Assembly (NCBI RefSeq): GCF_000143415.4
Contig: NW_003314282.1
Span: 1,941,374 to 2,005,373, forward strand
Length of the DNA stretch: 64,000 bases
Source of the DNA: Selaginella moellendorffii
Lineage: Eukaryota > Plantae > Lycopodiophyta
Direction: 5' to 3'
Below the pieces are notes generated by a model. That model made no database searches and was not told the DNA's origin. It was given only the letters and a program-made list of their open reading frames with translations. Positions 47,867 to 64,000 of this stretch are shown piece after piece (position 1 is the stretch's first letter; the number at the start of each line of letters is the position of its first letter). Made by a program: the position numbers and the translations under genes.

Positions 47867-50495
47867 AATTGAATTTTCAATTCACTACTTCAAAAAAGTT
47901 TATATAATTACTTATAGTATGAAATCCTTATGGTTATTTATATACACACCACAAATGTAGAGTATTTGGGAAATCTATCTTTGGGAACATATTTTTCCAA
48001 TAATTTCTATGGCTCATTCTAGGTTATTAGTCTTTTGCTCTTATCTTTTAATTATTGCACCAAACAATATAAAATCATTACCTCCATCCTTGATGTATCA
48101 TTTCAGTTCCATAGCAAAAGCTGTGTTTTGCTAAGTCCAAAGGGTATTCACCCTTAGTAAGTGTCTTGAATATTTTCTACTAGGGGTTTTATTCATAACC
48201 CAACCTTGCGACCCTTAAATAAGTCTTTCTTTTGAGATTACTTTATTAAACTCATGACATCTATAATGAGGTGCTAAAGGTGCAATATGTCATCAAAGGT
48301 TTGAGCTTAGTAGATGTGCAGTAGAAGATCAAGAAGGATTTTTCAACAACATTGACTAATGATATCACTAGGGCTCAGATCTTTTCACCTAAACTATCAA
48401 TCAACTTAGTCAACTATATTCAACAAGATGGTCTATAAGGTAGTCAATATAATGATCAGCCTACCAATACTTCATATTTAGGGACAAAACAATTATTGTT
48501 TTGTCATGGCTTGAAGAGTGGAGATGGCAATGAGGCCAAAAGAAATCATTTGGACCAATGAGAGAAGGATAAGGTAGAGGACAATTGTTTTCATTGTCAT
48601 AAGGCTAAATATCATGACAAAGATTGTCCTTTTATGAAGGGATCAAAGAATGCTAAAGTGAATGTGGTAGAATCCATCGTGGATACAATTGTTGTTCCAT
48701 CGTGGCTCAAAGAGTGGAGATAACTATGAGGCCAAAAGAAATCATTTGAACTAGCAAGAGAAGGATAAAGTGGAGGGTAATTGTTTTTGTTATCACAAGG
48801 TTGGATATCATAACAAAGATTGTCCTCTTGTGAAGAGATAAAAAAATGCTAAAGTAAATATGGTGGAATCTAAAGTGGATATAGCTCAGGCATCTATTGT
48901 GGTGGCTTTTCTACACCATGCGACAAAAGTTTAAGAATCTAAGTTTTAAGTTTATATCAACTCTATAAAGCTTAATAAATATATTTGTAGCTTTTGATAT
49001 AGATTTTCAAGTTTTGCACCGCAGTGTGATTCCAAAAGAAGCTACTTATGAAGGCCAAAAAGGACATTCAGGGTAGTGCTATTAGTATTCTTTTCAATCT
49101 AGATGCTATACATAGCTTTTTTGATAAAGCAATTTGGTTCGCTTATGGAAAAGAGTTTCCATCTATTATAACCACTTTATAGATTACTACATAGCATTTG
49201 TGTTTATAGTGAATGGGCTCTTAGTGTTCCTTTGACTGTTCAAGGGAATTTCAACCATCCTTTATTCCATGTTATGGATCTTGGTCGTGTAAATGTTATT
49301 CTTGGGAAGGAATGGTTTTATGACAAGAAGCCAGGGATTGATTAAGAGTGTAATGTTCTATGTATCGAAGTTGATGATATTGTAAAAGAGATTGTCAGGA
49401 TAAACAATAATGATATTTTTGTGGTGTATCCATTCTTTTTTAATATGATCATGTTTGATTTGGCATATGTTCATGGGCATAGGGCTTGGGTGGATTGCAT
49501 TCAAGAGGAGTTTTGTGACATATTTTCAAATGAGTTGCCTAATGGTTTGCTTCTGAACATGGAATTCAACATGAGATTGACTTAGTTCCTAGAGCTACCC
49601 CTTATTAGTGACAACTGACTTGTATTACTCCTGCTGAAGATGAGGAGATTAATAGGCATCTTGATGAGTACCTTCGAAAAGGGTGGTTACAAATCAACAA
49701 GTTTTTTTAGGTTACTCCAGTGGTGATGGTCAAGAAGAAATATAGTACATAGCATCTTTACATGAAGTACAAAGGATTGAATGATAAAATGGTGAAGAAT
49801 GTGTTCCCAATCCTTCATATCAATGATTTGCTCAATCATCTTTGTGGTGCTTGATATTTTTCAAAGATTGATTTGAGGTAAAAATATCATCAGATTTATG
49901 TTAAGTTGGAGGATGTTCCAAAAACTACATTCCAAATAAGGATGGGTCACTACAAGTTTTTGGTGATGCCATTTGGTTTCACAAATGCTCCTACAGCTTT
50001 ATAGAGATTAATGAATCAAATTCTACAACCTTATTTGGGAAATTTTGCAATTTATTATTTTGATGATATTCTAGTATTCAACTCTTCAATATAGAAACAT
50101 GAGATGCATGTGTAAAATGTTTTGCAACTTTTGAGGGATAACAAGCTCTGCTCAAAGGTATCTAAGTGTGAGTTTTTCTTGGAAGAGATTGAATTTTCGA
50201 CCATTTGATTTTAATATGTAGAGTGAGAGTTGATCCTGCAAAGATCCAAGTCATGGTTAATTAGCCTATACCTTTGACACTGCATGATCTTCGTAATTTC
50301 CTTGGTATGGCTAAAGTTTTTTTATGATTTATGAAGGACTTTTAGAGATAGTGGCTTCTTTGATTGATCTTCTCTAAAACATATTAAAACATGTTACTAT
50401 TCATGATTAGGATGAGAAGTGTCAAGTGGCATTTCAATGTTTGAAGTAGTCTTATGCCTTTGCTTTTGTGTTGAAGATTTTTTTATTCTGAGAAG

Positions 50496-50783
50496 ATGCT
50501 TTATTTTGTTAAAGTGGAATTTATTCAGTAAAGTGGGACATTAATTAGCATGTGTCCACATGCCATTTCCTAGTACTTAATTAATATTTATTAATATTTC
50601 TATCAGTTTTTTAATTTATTTTTTTATATTTCACAATATTATAACACAAAATCATATGAAAAGTTTTTAATTTATAAATTATAAAGCTAAAACTTCAATT
50701 TTTTATTGTTGTTATAAAAATGGCATGTGGCCACACACCATAAGTGGGATAATGAAAAGTTCCACTTTAACAAAATAAAGCAT
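50496..50783. mobile_element. 288-bp MITE with 24-bp perfect TIRs nested in the RNase H region
   Basis: ATGCTTTATTTTGTTAAAGTGGAA ... TTCCACTTTAACAAAATAAAGCAT, flanked by GAAG on both sides. Inner inverted repeat CCACATGCCATTT/AAATGGCATGTGG. Confidence 0.85.
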
Positions 50784-51391
50784 GAAGCTTCTTATGGTTA
50801 AGATAAATGCAAGTGACATTGCCATTAGAGCAATTTTGCTTCAAGTTAGGCATCCTCTTGCATATATGAGCCACAAATTTGATGTTACACAACAAAATTG
50901 GCCTACTCGAGACAAAGAGTTATATCCTGTGATTGTTATTGTGAAGGAATGGCAACAATATTTGTATAGATTGGACTTCCAGATGGATTTAGACCATCAG
51001 TCTTTCCAATATTTTAGTCGATAAAAGGACTTTTAAGGCTACCTTACTTGTTGGCAAGAGTTTCTGCAGGAAATGTCTATTAAAATTTGATACAAATATA
51101 AAGGTGATAATAAAGTAGCTAATGCATTATCTAAGATGGTAGATTCTATTTTGTTCATAAAGCTATTTAGTGATCTCTTGGATGAGCTTAAGGAGTTTGT
51201 TGACTTTGACTCCTTTATCATTGATATTTGCATGAAGGTTTTATTGAAAGGTGCCTTTGCAAATTTAAAGGATGACAAATTTGTGTCATTTAAGATACAA
51301 GATGGAATCCTGGTGAAGAAGGGACGTATGGTGGTTACTCATATTAACAAAATCATCAAACGAAAATTGGTTGAGTGTCATGATATGCGAA

Positions 51392-51603
51392 TGTAAGCTC
51401 CTAAGTTAAATAAGCTCTTAAGTTTTAACTTTCTGGGAAGTCACTCAGCCCAGTACTATTCAAACCCAAGGACGTTTAACTTCAAATATCCCAAGATCCT
51501 TAACCAATTGAAAAAAAAGGTGCACTCTTATTCATGGGCCCTTTCCCTCTATATTTGAACCCCTATGGATAGTCTCTCAAATCGTTCTTTTTAGTTGCTT
51601 ACA
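51392..51603. mobile_element. 212-bp solo LTR nested in the integrase zinc finger
   Basis: TGTAAGC...GCTTACA termini with flanks GCGAA/GCCAA (5-bp TSD, 1 mismatch). It interrupts ECHD...AHLG. Confidence 0.75.
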
Positions 51604-53394
51604 GCCAAGTGTTGCACATCTAGGGGTACTGAGAATGCATATATTAGTGAAGAGGCACTTCTTTTGGCCTAGGATGAAGTTAGATGTTGAGAAGTATATA
51701 CATGGTTGTTTGACCTACCAAGCAGCCAAAGTTGATCATTAAAAGCTTGTTAACCACTATCAACCTCTACGTGTACTTGAGAATAAGTAGGATAGCATCT
51801 CAATAGACTTTATCACTGGTTTGTCCAAGACATTTCAAAGAAATAATGTTATTTAGATTGTTGTGGATCATTTAACAAAGATGGCTCATTTCTTCTACAT
51901 AAAGATAACAATTAAAGCTTTTGAATTTGTTGAGTTGTTTGTAGATCAATTATTCAGTCTCTATAGTTTCTCGAGTGACATTGTGAGTGATCAGGATCCC
52001 AAGTTCACTTCCAAGTTTTGGCAAATAATCTTTAAGAAGCTAGAGATTAAGCTAAGCATTAGTAGTGGTGAGCATCCACAATCAGATAAGCAAACATAGA
52101 GCATGAATCAATTATTGGAAGATATGTTCAAGTCTTTTGTAGGAAACTTGACTCAATAGAGAGTATGGGTGAAGTATTTGCCTTTACTTCAATTTGCTCT
52201 CATTAGTGCTCATTAATCAACTATTGGTATGTCTCCATTTATAGCAATATATAGCTATGAGCCTAGGTCTTTCATGAATTTGAGTTTGGCTTTAGTTTTG
52301 GTACTTCATGCTTGTGATTTCTTAGAGGATATGCAAAACAAGCTTGAGTTGGCAATGTTGAACATGAGGCAAGCTCAAGATCGAAACAAACAATTGGTTG
52401 ATAAACATCATTATTATCAAGAATACAAAGTTGGTGACAAAGTTTTCTTTAAACTATCAAATGCACAATAGTCTCTAAAAGAAGGTGGTATTGCTAAATT
52501 GTCTTTATGGTATTGTGGGCCTTGGACAATTTTACAACACGTAGAGGATCTTGTATATACTTTGGACTTGCCAGCTAGTTCAAAAATTCATCCAAATTCC
52601 ATATAACCAAACTTAAAGCATGTTTGCACTTTAGTGATGTTGTGGATCAAGCCATCATCTAAGTCCCAAAGATTGATGTTGAGAAGGCTAGTCCAGCTAA
52701 TATTTTTACTCAAAGATTGGTGAAAACACGCTAGAAGATAACTAAAGAGTTGTTAGTTCAGTGAAATAATTATTCCATAAACAAAGTTATATGGGAAACT
52801 AAAGATGATGTGAAGAGAGTGTTTTTGAGTTTTAATTATGACTTGGATGACATTCCTAAGGAAGGGGAGAATTGAGTTTTATAGCCATATTATTATATGA
52901 TTTGAGCCATTTATTTTATTCTCATTCTCTTGTTTCTATGGCAGTATTGTCATATAAGAAAGTTATATTACTTTCTTTCTTTCTTTCATTGCTATTTGTC
53001 ATAATGTTGGTATTGCCGTTTGCACATCTTTTCTCATAGCCATATTGCATTAGACTCCCTTCATATGAGGTTTATTTAGCTTCTTAGTATTGCCATCTGT
53101 GGTTGGGTCATTAGGGAGGGGAGATTAACACAAACCATAAGAATATTCTAAAAATATTTCATTGCCTATGGGATTCAAGGCTGGAAGGTTGGCCTAGGGT
53201 TTACTCTTTATTCATTTTCTTATTGTTTAGATTGTTCACACTCCTCAACTGCAAACATTCAAAAACCCATCTTAGCATGTTCCAACTCCTCCAAGACAAT
53301 GACGCCCACACCCTCCCCCATCACAAACCCATCTCGGCCCTGCAAAACCATTGCTATATAGTAAAAACTCTACCACTGTACACAAGTGCATGCA

Positions 53395-53760
53395 ACTCAT
53401 CTCATCCCACGGGCAAGAAGCTCTTGATGGTTCGTTGTTGCACTAAGACAATGCCTTATAGGCAACAAATCCTCCAATGCCTATAGTGGATGAAGTTGAG
53501 TAGTCAATTCATGCAGCAATGCTGGACATGTAGTATCCAAAATGATATACCGATAGGAATGATTGTTGCATCAAATCCACCAGCAAGTATCACATCTTGT
53601 GCAGAAAGGCTTTCTATAATTGTGTCAAAGAGATTATAACTTGATCAAATCTCTCGTTACCACTTTGCCTTTGACAATGTGATTGGTGGCACTGAACATA
53701 CAATAGTTACTAGTTGCACAAGCTGTCAAGAGGTTGCATCTCTTAGCCCTTGAACCTTGG
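53395..53760 (-). pseudogene. 3-ketoacyl-ACP synthase (KAS I/II) gene fragment
   Basis: LTACATSNYCMFSATNHIVKG, DVILAGGFDATIIPI and GIGGFVAYKALS*CNNEPSRASCPWD, with retained introns and stops. Confidence 0.75.
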
Positions 53761-54329
53761 GAAGAAAAATTGTGAGATTTCAATTTACCAACACTAGAAT
53801 CTATAGACATTTATGTGTATTTCCCTTTTTTTGAATGAGAGTGCAAGTAAAGATTCATAAATTCTAAATAGTATGCTATAACAAACCCCTTAAAAATATA
53901 TTTTAGAAAAGAACCAAGTCTCTTTTTTATATGCAACAAGCTTACATCAACGGTTGTTTTTTTTTTTCTTTTCAAATGGTTATATGGCCTTATATAGAAT
54001 TTTAATTCAAATTTGATAATTTTTAAATTCTGACAAACCTGATATTTACTAGCTAGAAAGCACATAGTACAAATTTAAGAAAGTGACAAGAATACTTTTT
54101 CTGCAAATATTTTATTTTATGTTCTAACAAACAAATTATTAGAACAAGAAGTGTTCTTTAGAACATTTTTATCTATATAATATTTAGACAATTGTGAAAT
54201 TATTAGGTTTGCTATAACTTTAATATTTTAAAGTTTATAATGTTTATACTAAATTACAATTGAAAATTGAGCTTAACTCGTGAGCTCAACTTTTCAGCTT
54301 GTGAGCTCAAGTATAGTTTATGCTCACCC

Positions 54330-55130
54330 CTAGGACCTGTTGTCTCTCAAGTCGAGAAATTTGAGGTTGGATCCACTAGCGATGGCCAAAGCTAGTGCCA
54401 CCCTAACTCTAGGTGATGAGAAGCAAAAGTTCTCAAGCTAGACAACCTTCTTGATGAGCCTGGCAAGAGATCTAGCTCCTTGGTCACCGATCATGTTGTT
54501 ATGGAAGTGGAAGAGCTTGAGAGAGCTGGTGGTGGTGATGATCTCGCATACAGCATGATGCAAATCCCATTGTTCATGAAAAAGAGCTTCTTGAGCAATT
54601 CCTGGGACTTTAGCAGTGGCATAAAGGCCATCACAACCTTCTTATTGTCCAAGAGGTTTAGAACATCTGCACAAGCATACACATCACCTCTAGTGGCTCC
54701 TCCTCTAGCCGCCCAGTAACAATGTCCAAGAATTGATTTCACCTTCGGGAGAAATCTGCTAAAGCTCTTGTCTCTAAGGAAAATATTGGAGTAGCATGAC
54801 ATTCCTAGTGGCAGAGGAAAGCTCTTTGCCCGGCTGAAATTGTTCATCTTTCCAATTCAGATTTCCCTAGTGCTTCTAGCATCATTTGGCTTGCCTCTCA
54901 AGAATAAATCTTCACCACTGCCACAGGATTGCTGCTAGTGCAGCCTAGAAAGTGGCTTGGATCCCACAGCAGTGACAAATGGTTACCTTTTAGTGATTGC
55001 TAATGGTAGGCTCAATCAAATGTGTATGGAGGCCTGCTTATGAGACTTGTTTTTTTCAAAGAAACCATTGAAGGCTAGAGGTTTTTCTGCTTGATATAGA
55101 TTTGTGACATGGTTGCTGTATGAATGTGAC
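54330..55130 (-). pseudogene. RanGAP (LRR region) pseudogene fragment
   Basis: YSNIFLRDKSF, AFMPLLKSQELLKKLFFMNNGI, then frameshifted KLFHFHNNMIGDQGARSLA..LENFCFSSPRV..NLKFLDLRDN. 5' boundary approximate. Confidence 0.7.
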
Positions 55131-56169
55131 CTTGTCCTTAACAACATAAATTTTATGTTCTTTAAGGATTTGCAAAAACCTTGACAAAACACATATTAAA
55201 TTGAAGAAGTAATGAAAATAGATTCAAAATCCACTTTTTAACTACAAATCAGTGGTATTGGCATCCCATGTTCATCTTCCACTATTAAACTACAGTTCTG
55301 CAATAGAAATGTTGGACAAGATATACACCTCACAATCATGGGAATCTATTTCCACTTCAAAACCATCCTCTTGCCTTGAAGTCTAAACTTTGTGTTATAA
55401 CCCATACACAACAAAGATATATATCAATTGTCAACTGTGTAATGTATTGCGTATCTTCACAAATCTCTCACACTTGCTATCACATATATCTCAACTATTA
55501 AATCTTGGCATATACCTAGAATAAGAATCCCTAGCATATACTATTATTATACTGACTTTTTTGTTTAAATATATGAGTATGATAACTATGAGTACAGCAC
55601 ATGTGTGTCGGTTAAGGGGAGAGTGATAGAGTGTGTTACATATATGGTGTCAACAGTTACTAAGCTTGATGTTTAGTATTTACAAAACATAAAGTTAGAT
55701 TTACTTTTTCTAGATAAAATTCATGACGCTCAAAAGGTTAATATATGGATTCAAAAACTTTGTTATAGGTTTGAGAATTTTGAATCACTTATTAATAATT
55801 TTTTATTTTAACATTTACATGATTTGGATATATTATCATTATAGATCTTTGGAACCTTAAGGGATAAATAGGGATAAAATAAAGGCTCTTTCATCAAACA
55901 ATTGCCTCTTTTTATATTGGCTTAGAGGAGAGATATAGAGTGTATTACAAATAGGGCTTTTTCCACAATCAATTGTTTATAATAAGTATATCATTATTAA
56001 CTATTTATTGGTTGGAAGTTAATGTTCTTATTACTACGTTTACAACTAATGTTAGATACTTTCTCCCCAATTAAGTGCTTGTTTAGAGTGAATTTTTTCA
56101 GACAATAGTCTTACTGTTTACAGTTAAAGTATTTTATATATTAATGTATTGACTAAGGATACCCACATT

Positions 56170-56870
56170 TTGTATATGCTTATTATCCATAAATAGATAG
56201 TTTGATGGAAGGGCTCATTCACACCTTCAAAGGGATGATCATGAAGTTTATTGATATTTAACTATATAAAATCTTATATAGTCATAAATTTATATTGCTA
56301 ATAAAGCTAAGTTTACCTTCACAATTGTTATATGTTGTTGATGCTACATTCTTGGATCAATATTTGACAAACATTATTCCACTAATTTAAATAGAGTCTC
56401 CTGAACACTTGGGTTGCATATTAGTGGATTAGTATTGATACATCCACACATAAAGTGGATGACTTAGTATTAGTTCATTTTCTTAATCTTATAATATATA
56501 GTTTGTTTAAGATCCTTACTTAGTGGAATATATTTAGTTGCAACAAATTAGGCTACAAGTCTATAAAATTTAATATAACATTGAACAAACCAATTCTTTA
56601 AATTATGTATATGCAATGGTTAAAATGTTTTGTACAAAAGGACCAAGAACAAATTGCACTACTTATGGATTCACTAATGCCTTTTTCTGATGTTTTTATG
56701 TATTTTAACTATACTAACACTTAATTGTTTTCCATCCTTTGATGATCTAAGGTGTTAGTGGATATCTATAAATTATTAATGTAGTGGGATTTTGATACTC
56801 ATCAGATTAAAGACATTTGCTTCTGTATATAGGTTAAGTGCATATTTTTGTATTCCATGTATTCATATAG
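56170..56870 (+). mobile_element. Third, very decayed 3' fragment (INT + LTR) of the 42859-47866 gypsy family
   Basis: CACACCTTCAAAGGGATGATCATGAAGT, TTGGATCAATATTTGACAA and CAAAAGGACCAAGAACAA match the integrase. LTR remnant GTAGTGGGATTTTG..GTGCATATTTTTGTATTCCATG. Confidence 0.75.
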
Positions 56871-58642
56871 CAAATTTTGAGGCTTTTATAAAAAAGTTAT
56901 AATCCTCTCAAAACTTTTTTGTGTTTTAAAATTTAATTTTTATCATTATTACAATATAAAATTTATAATACACTTTAGCATTATAATTTATCTAGATTAA
57001 TCTTGTTTTTATAACTTATATACTCTCTTAAACACTTTCTAGTATATTTTAATTTATTCTACCATCTAACAATTAATATACACTTAAAATGGTGATTTTT
57101 CATAATCATATAAAAAGCTCTATTATGGAATTTATGGAATTTGGAATTTCCATTTTTGCAATACCAACTTAATATACATAACATTGCTCTCATCAGCAAC
57201 AGATTAGGCTCCATTTCATCTACAATTATGGATTTAGTGGACTACATCTAAAATTATGAATTTAATGATTCTAATAGCACCAAAACAGTTTTATCATTTT
57301 AAATATGATGTAAGTGAATGAAAAGATTAGGCAGAACCACACTTTAAAGCTTATGTAGGCTAAAAAAATCTTGTAAAATGAGAACAAAAGAAAAAAAAAA
57401 TCCTAACTAATAAGGAAATCAAATTTTGTTGTTTGGAACGCACAATAATTTATTGAGAGCAATTTAAATCAAACAAACCAAGAGCTTGAGCATAATCATG
57501 AAAAACTTTATACCATTCATAAGTGAACAATGGACATTCTTCTCTTAAAAAGCTGAAGACTTGCTGAATCGAGGGTTGGGGGTGGCTGCTCAATATCTTC
57601 CAGGCAGCAAAGATGGGAGTTGAAGCCAATGACATTCAGTTTTGTTTCCCAGAGTGGCAGATTTTGAAAATTTGGGAGGGGCTTTTGGAATGGACCTAGT
57701 GCTGGCTGTCATGAAGACTCGGTAAAGACCTTGTGAAAGATGCCATTCAGCTTCTCACCCTGGAATTATGCATAAAGATTAAACAGAGCTTTGGTATTAT
57801 TACAGCCTTGCTAGCAGCTTCTTCTCACTCACTCATCGCTCGCTTACACGAAAGAGTGCTCAGGCTATGCACAAGAGGTTTTCGAGGTACATGCTCCTGG
57901 TTTCTGGAAAGTGACCAGATTTACCACAGTCACAACTTGCCATGCCCGGCCATAATGTACTTTGCCAGTGCCAGAAAAGGCATCTAAAAGACTTCATGGT
58001 ACGTAGCAAGCCAACTTGCTTCAGGGACACTCCATCCGCTGCATCCACAATCAGAACCCAAAGATGGTGGGCGGGGGACAATCTGGTTCGTTTTATGAAA
58101 TTCAGCAACACGAACGGCCCTGACCTTAAAAATTTAAGCTCAGAAAACATCACACTGACCATGAGAGTGAGTATATAGGCTGACCATCGATCCTGCACGA
58201 GAAATATTTTAACCGGGATCATGTTTCACTGGTATCATGTGCTGCATACCAGAATTTGAAACTGTTGGAGCTTCTGGTCGAATGCGATTATAAGCTCTAG
58301 CAACGGTTGTCCGCTTGCTCCCACCCACAGTGCCCAGGACCTCGTTTACAATGCCTCGCTCACGATTGCGAAGAAATAAATTGTGATTTTATCTATAGCT
58401 ATCCATAACTAGAACGGAAACAAACTCTAGTGTTGGTAAAGTATCTCAAACAGTTCGTTGCAGGCGTTGTAGGACCGCGAGCAGGAATGCTTTTCTGCAA
58501 TATCACACTGAAAGCTTTCAACGGTATAGGAGATTCTGATAGGTTCCTTGCTCGATTGAATTTGTCAAGTCAGTGCTTATACTAGATTTCTAGGTGGCTA
58601 TAATCGAATGCTTGTTTTGCACAAGAGCGACTACATGTTCTT

Positions 58643-59572
<930 letters not shown>

Positions 59573-59831
59573 TGCAGCGCAGAGAAGAGAGCTCCCGGGG
59601 AGGTCCAAACAAACCGCGGCAAGAAAGAACAGCTAGGGTACCAGGAGCGCATAATCTTGGAATTATACGCGGCATTTTCCGTCCCGGTATAACCGTTTCT
59701 TTCTACTCGACCATTTTGGACGGTGGAGATTGGGTCCGATCCGACGGTGCAATTTGAACCGGAATATCTCCGTGGGTGTTCCAATAAAAGCCCTAATGTA
59801 AGATCTGTGCGGGCATTTCGAGTGTGAAACG

Positions 59832-64000
<4,169 letters not shown>

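Larger units (their letters stand above)
48250..52870 (+). mobile_element. Decayed Ty3/gypsy chromovirus (gag knuckle, PR, RT, RH, INT, chromodomain remnant, PPT)
   Basis: Duplicated CFHCHK..H..KDC knuckle (about 48510-48685 and 48702-48880), [52 protein letters not shown], chromodomain-like LLVQ*NNY....IWE at about 52750, PPT AAGGAAGGGGAG at about 52858. Confidence 0.85.

Noticed and set aside
57450-58300. Several 60-120 aa ORFs downstream of centrin
   Set aside because: No recognisable motif or consistent exon structure.

Overview
This is a gene-dense eukaryotic plant locus with very short GT-AG introns (about 50-70 nt). That architecture, plus a centrin and a multi-CNB kinase, suggests a seed-free plant such as the lycophyte Selaginella (inference only). 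Intact genes: GEK1/DTD2 D-aminoacyl-tRNA deacylase, a conserved unknown protein with a DDxxD-type motif, a TPD1-like secreted peptide, AP-1 sigma, a NOC4-N-like protein with an acidic tail, an ALP1/HARBI1-like protein, a DCD-Kelch protein, FLN1-like, a 2-TM pseudokinase, a 1-TM Pro-rich protein, CYP38, HDS/ispG, ETO1-like, CBS-PB1, centrin, and a four-CNB-domain PKG-like kinase that runs off the right end. Accessory zone 1 (about 3.1-14.8 kb) holds two inverted, internally deleted GEK1-region duplicates flanking a decayed Ty3/gypsy element, a kinase fragment, and an intronless microbial-looking STAND-type ATPase with its own inverted decayed copy. Accessory zone 2 (about 41-57 kb) holds a near-complete Ty3/gypsy element (175-bp LTRs, 4-bp TSD, tRNA-Ala-like PBS, -1 frameshift pseudoknot), a decayed chromovirus with a nested MITE and solo LTR, and KAS and RanGAP pseudogene fragments. 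No rRNA, tRNA or CRISPR was seen. Exon boundaries were read by eye, so multi-exon coordinates are gene spans.
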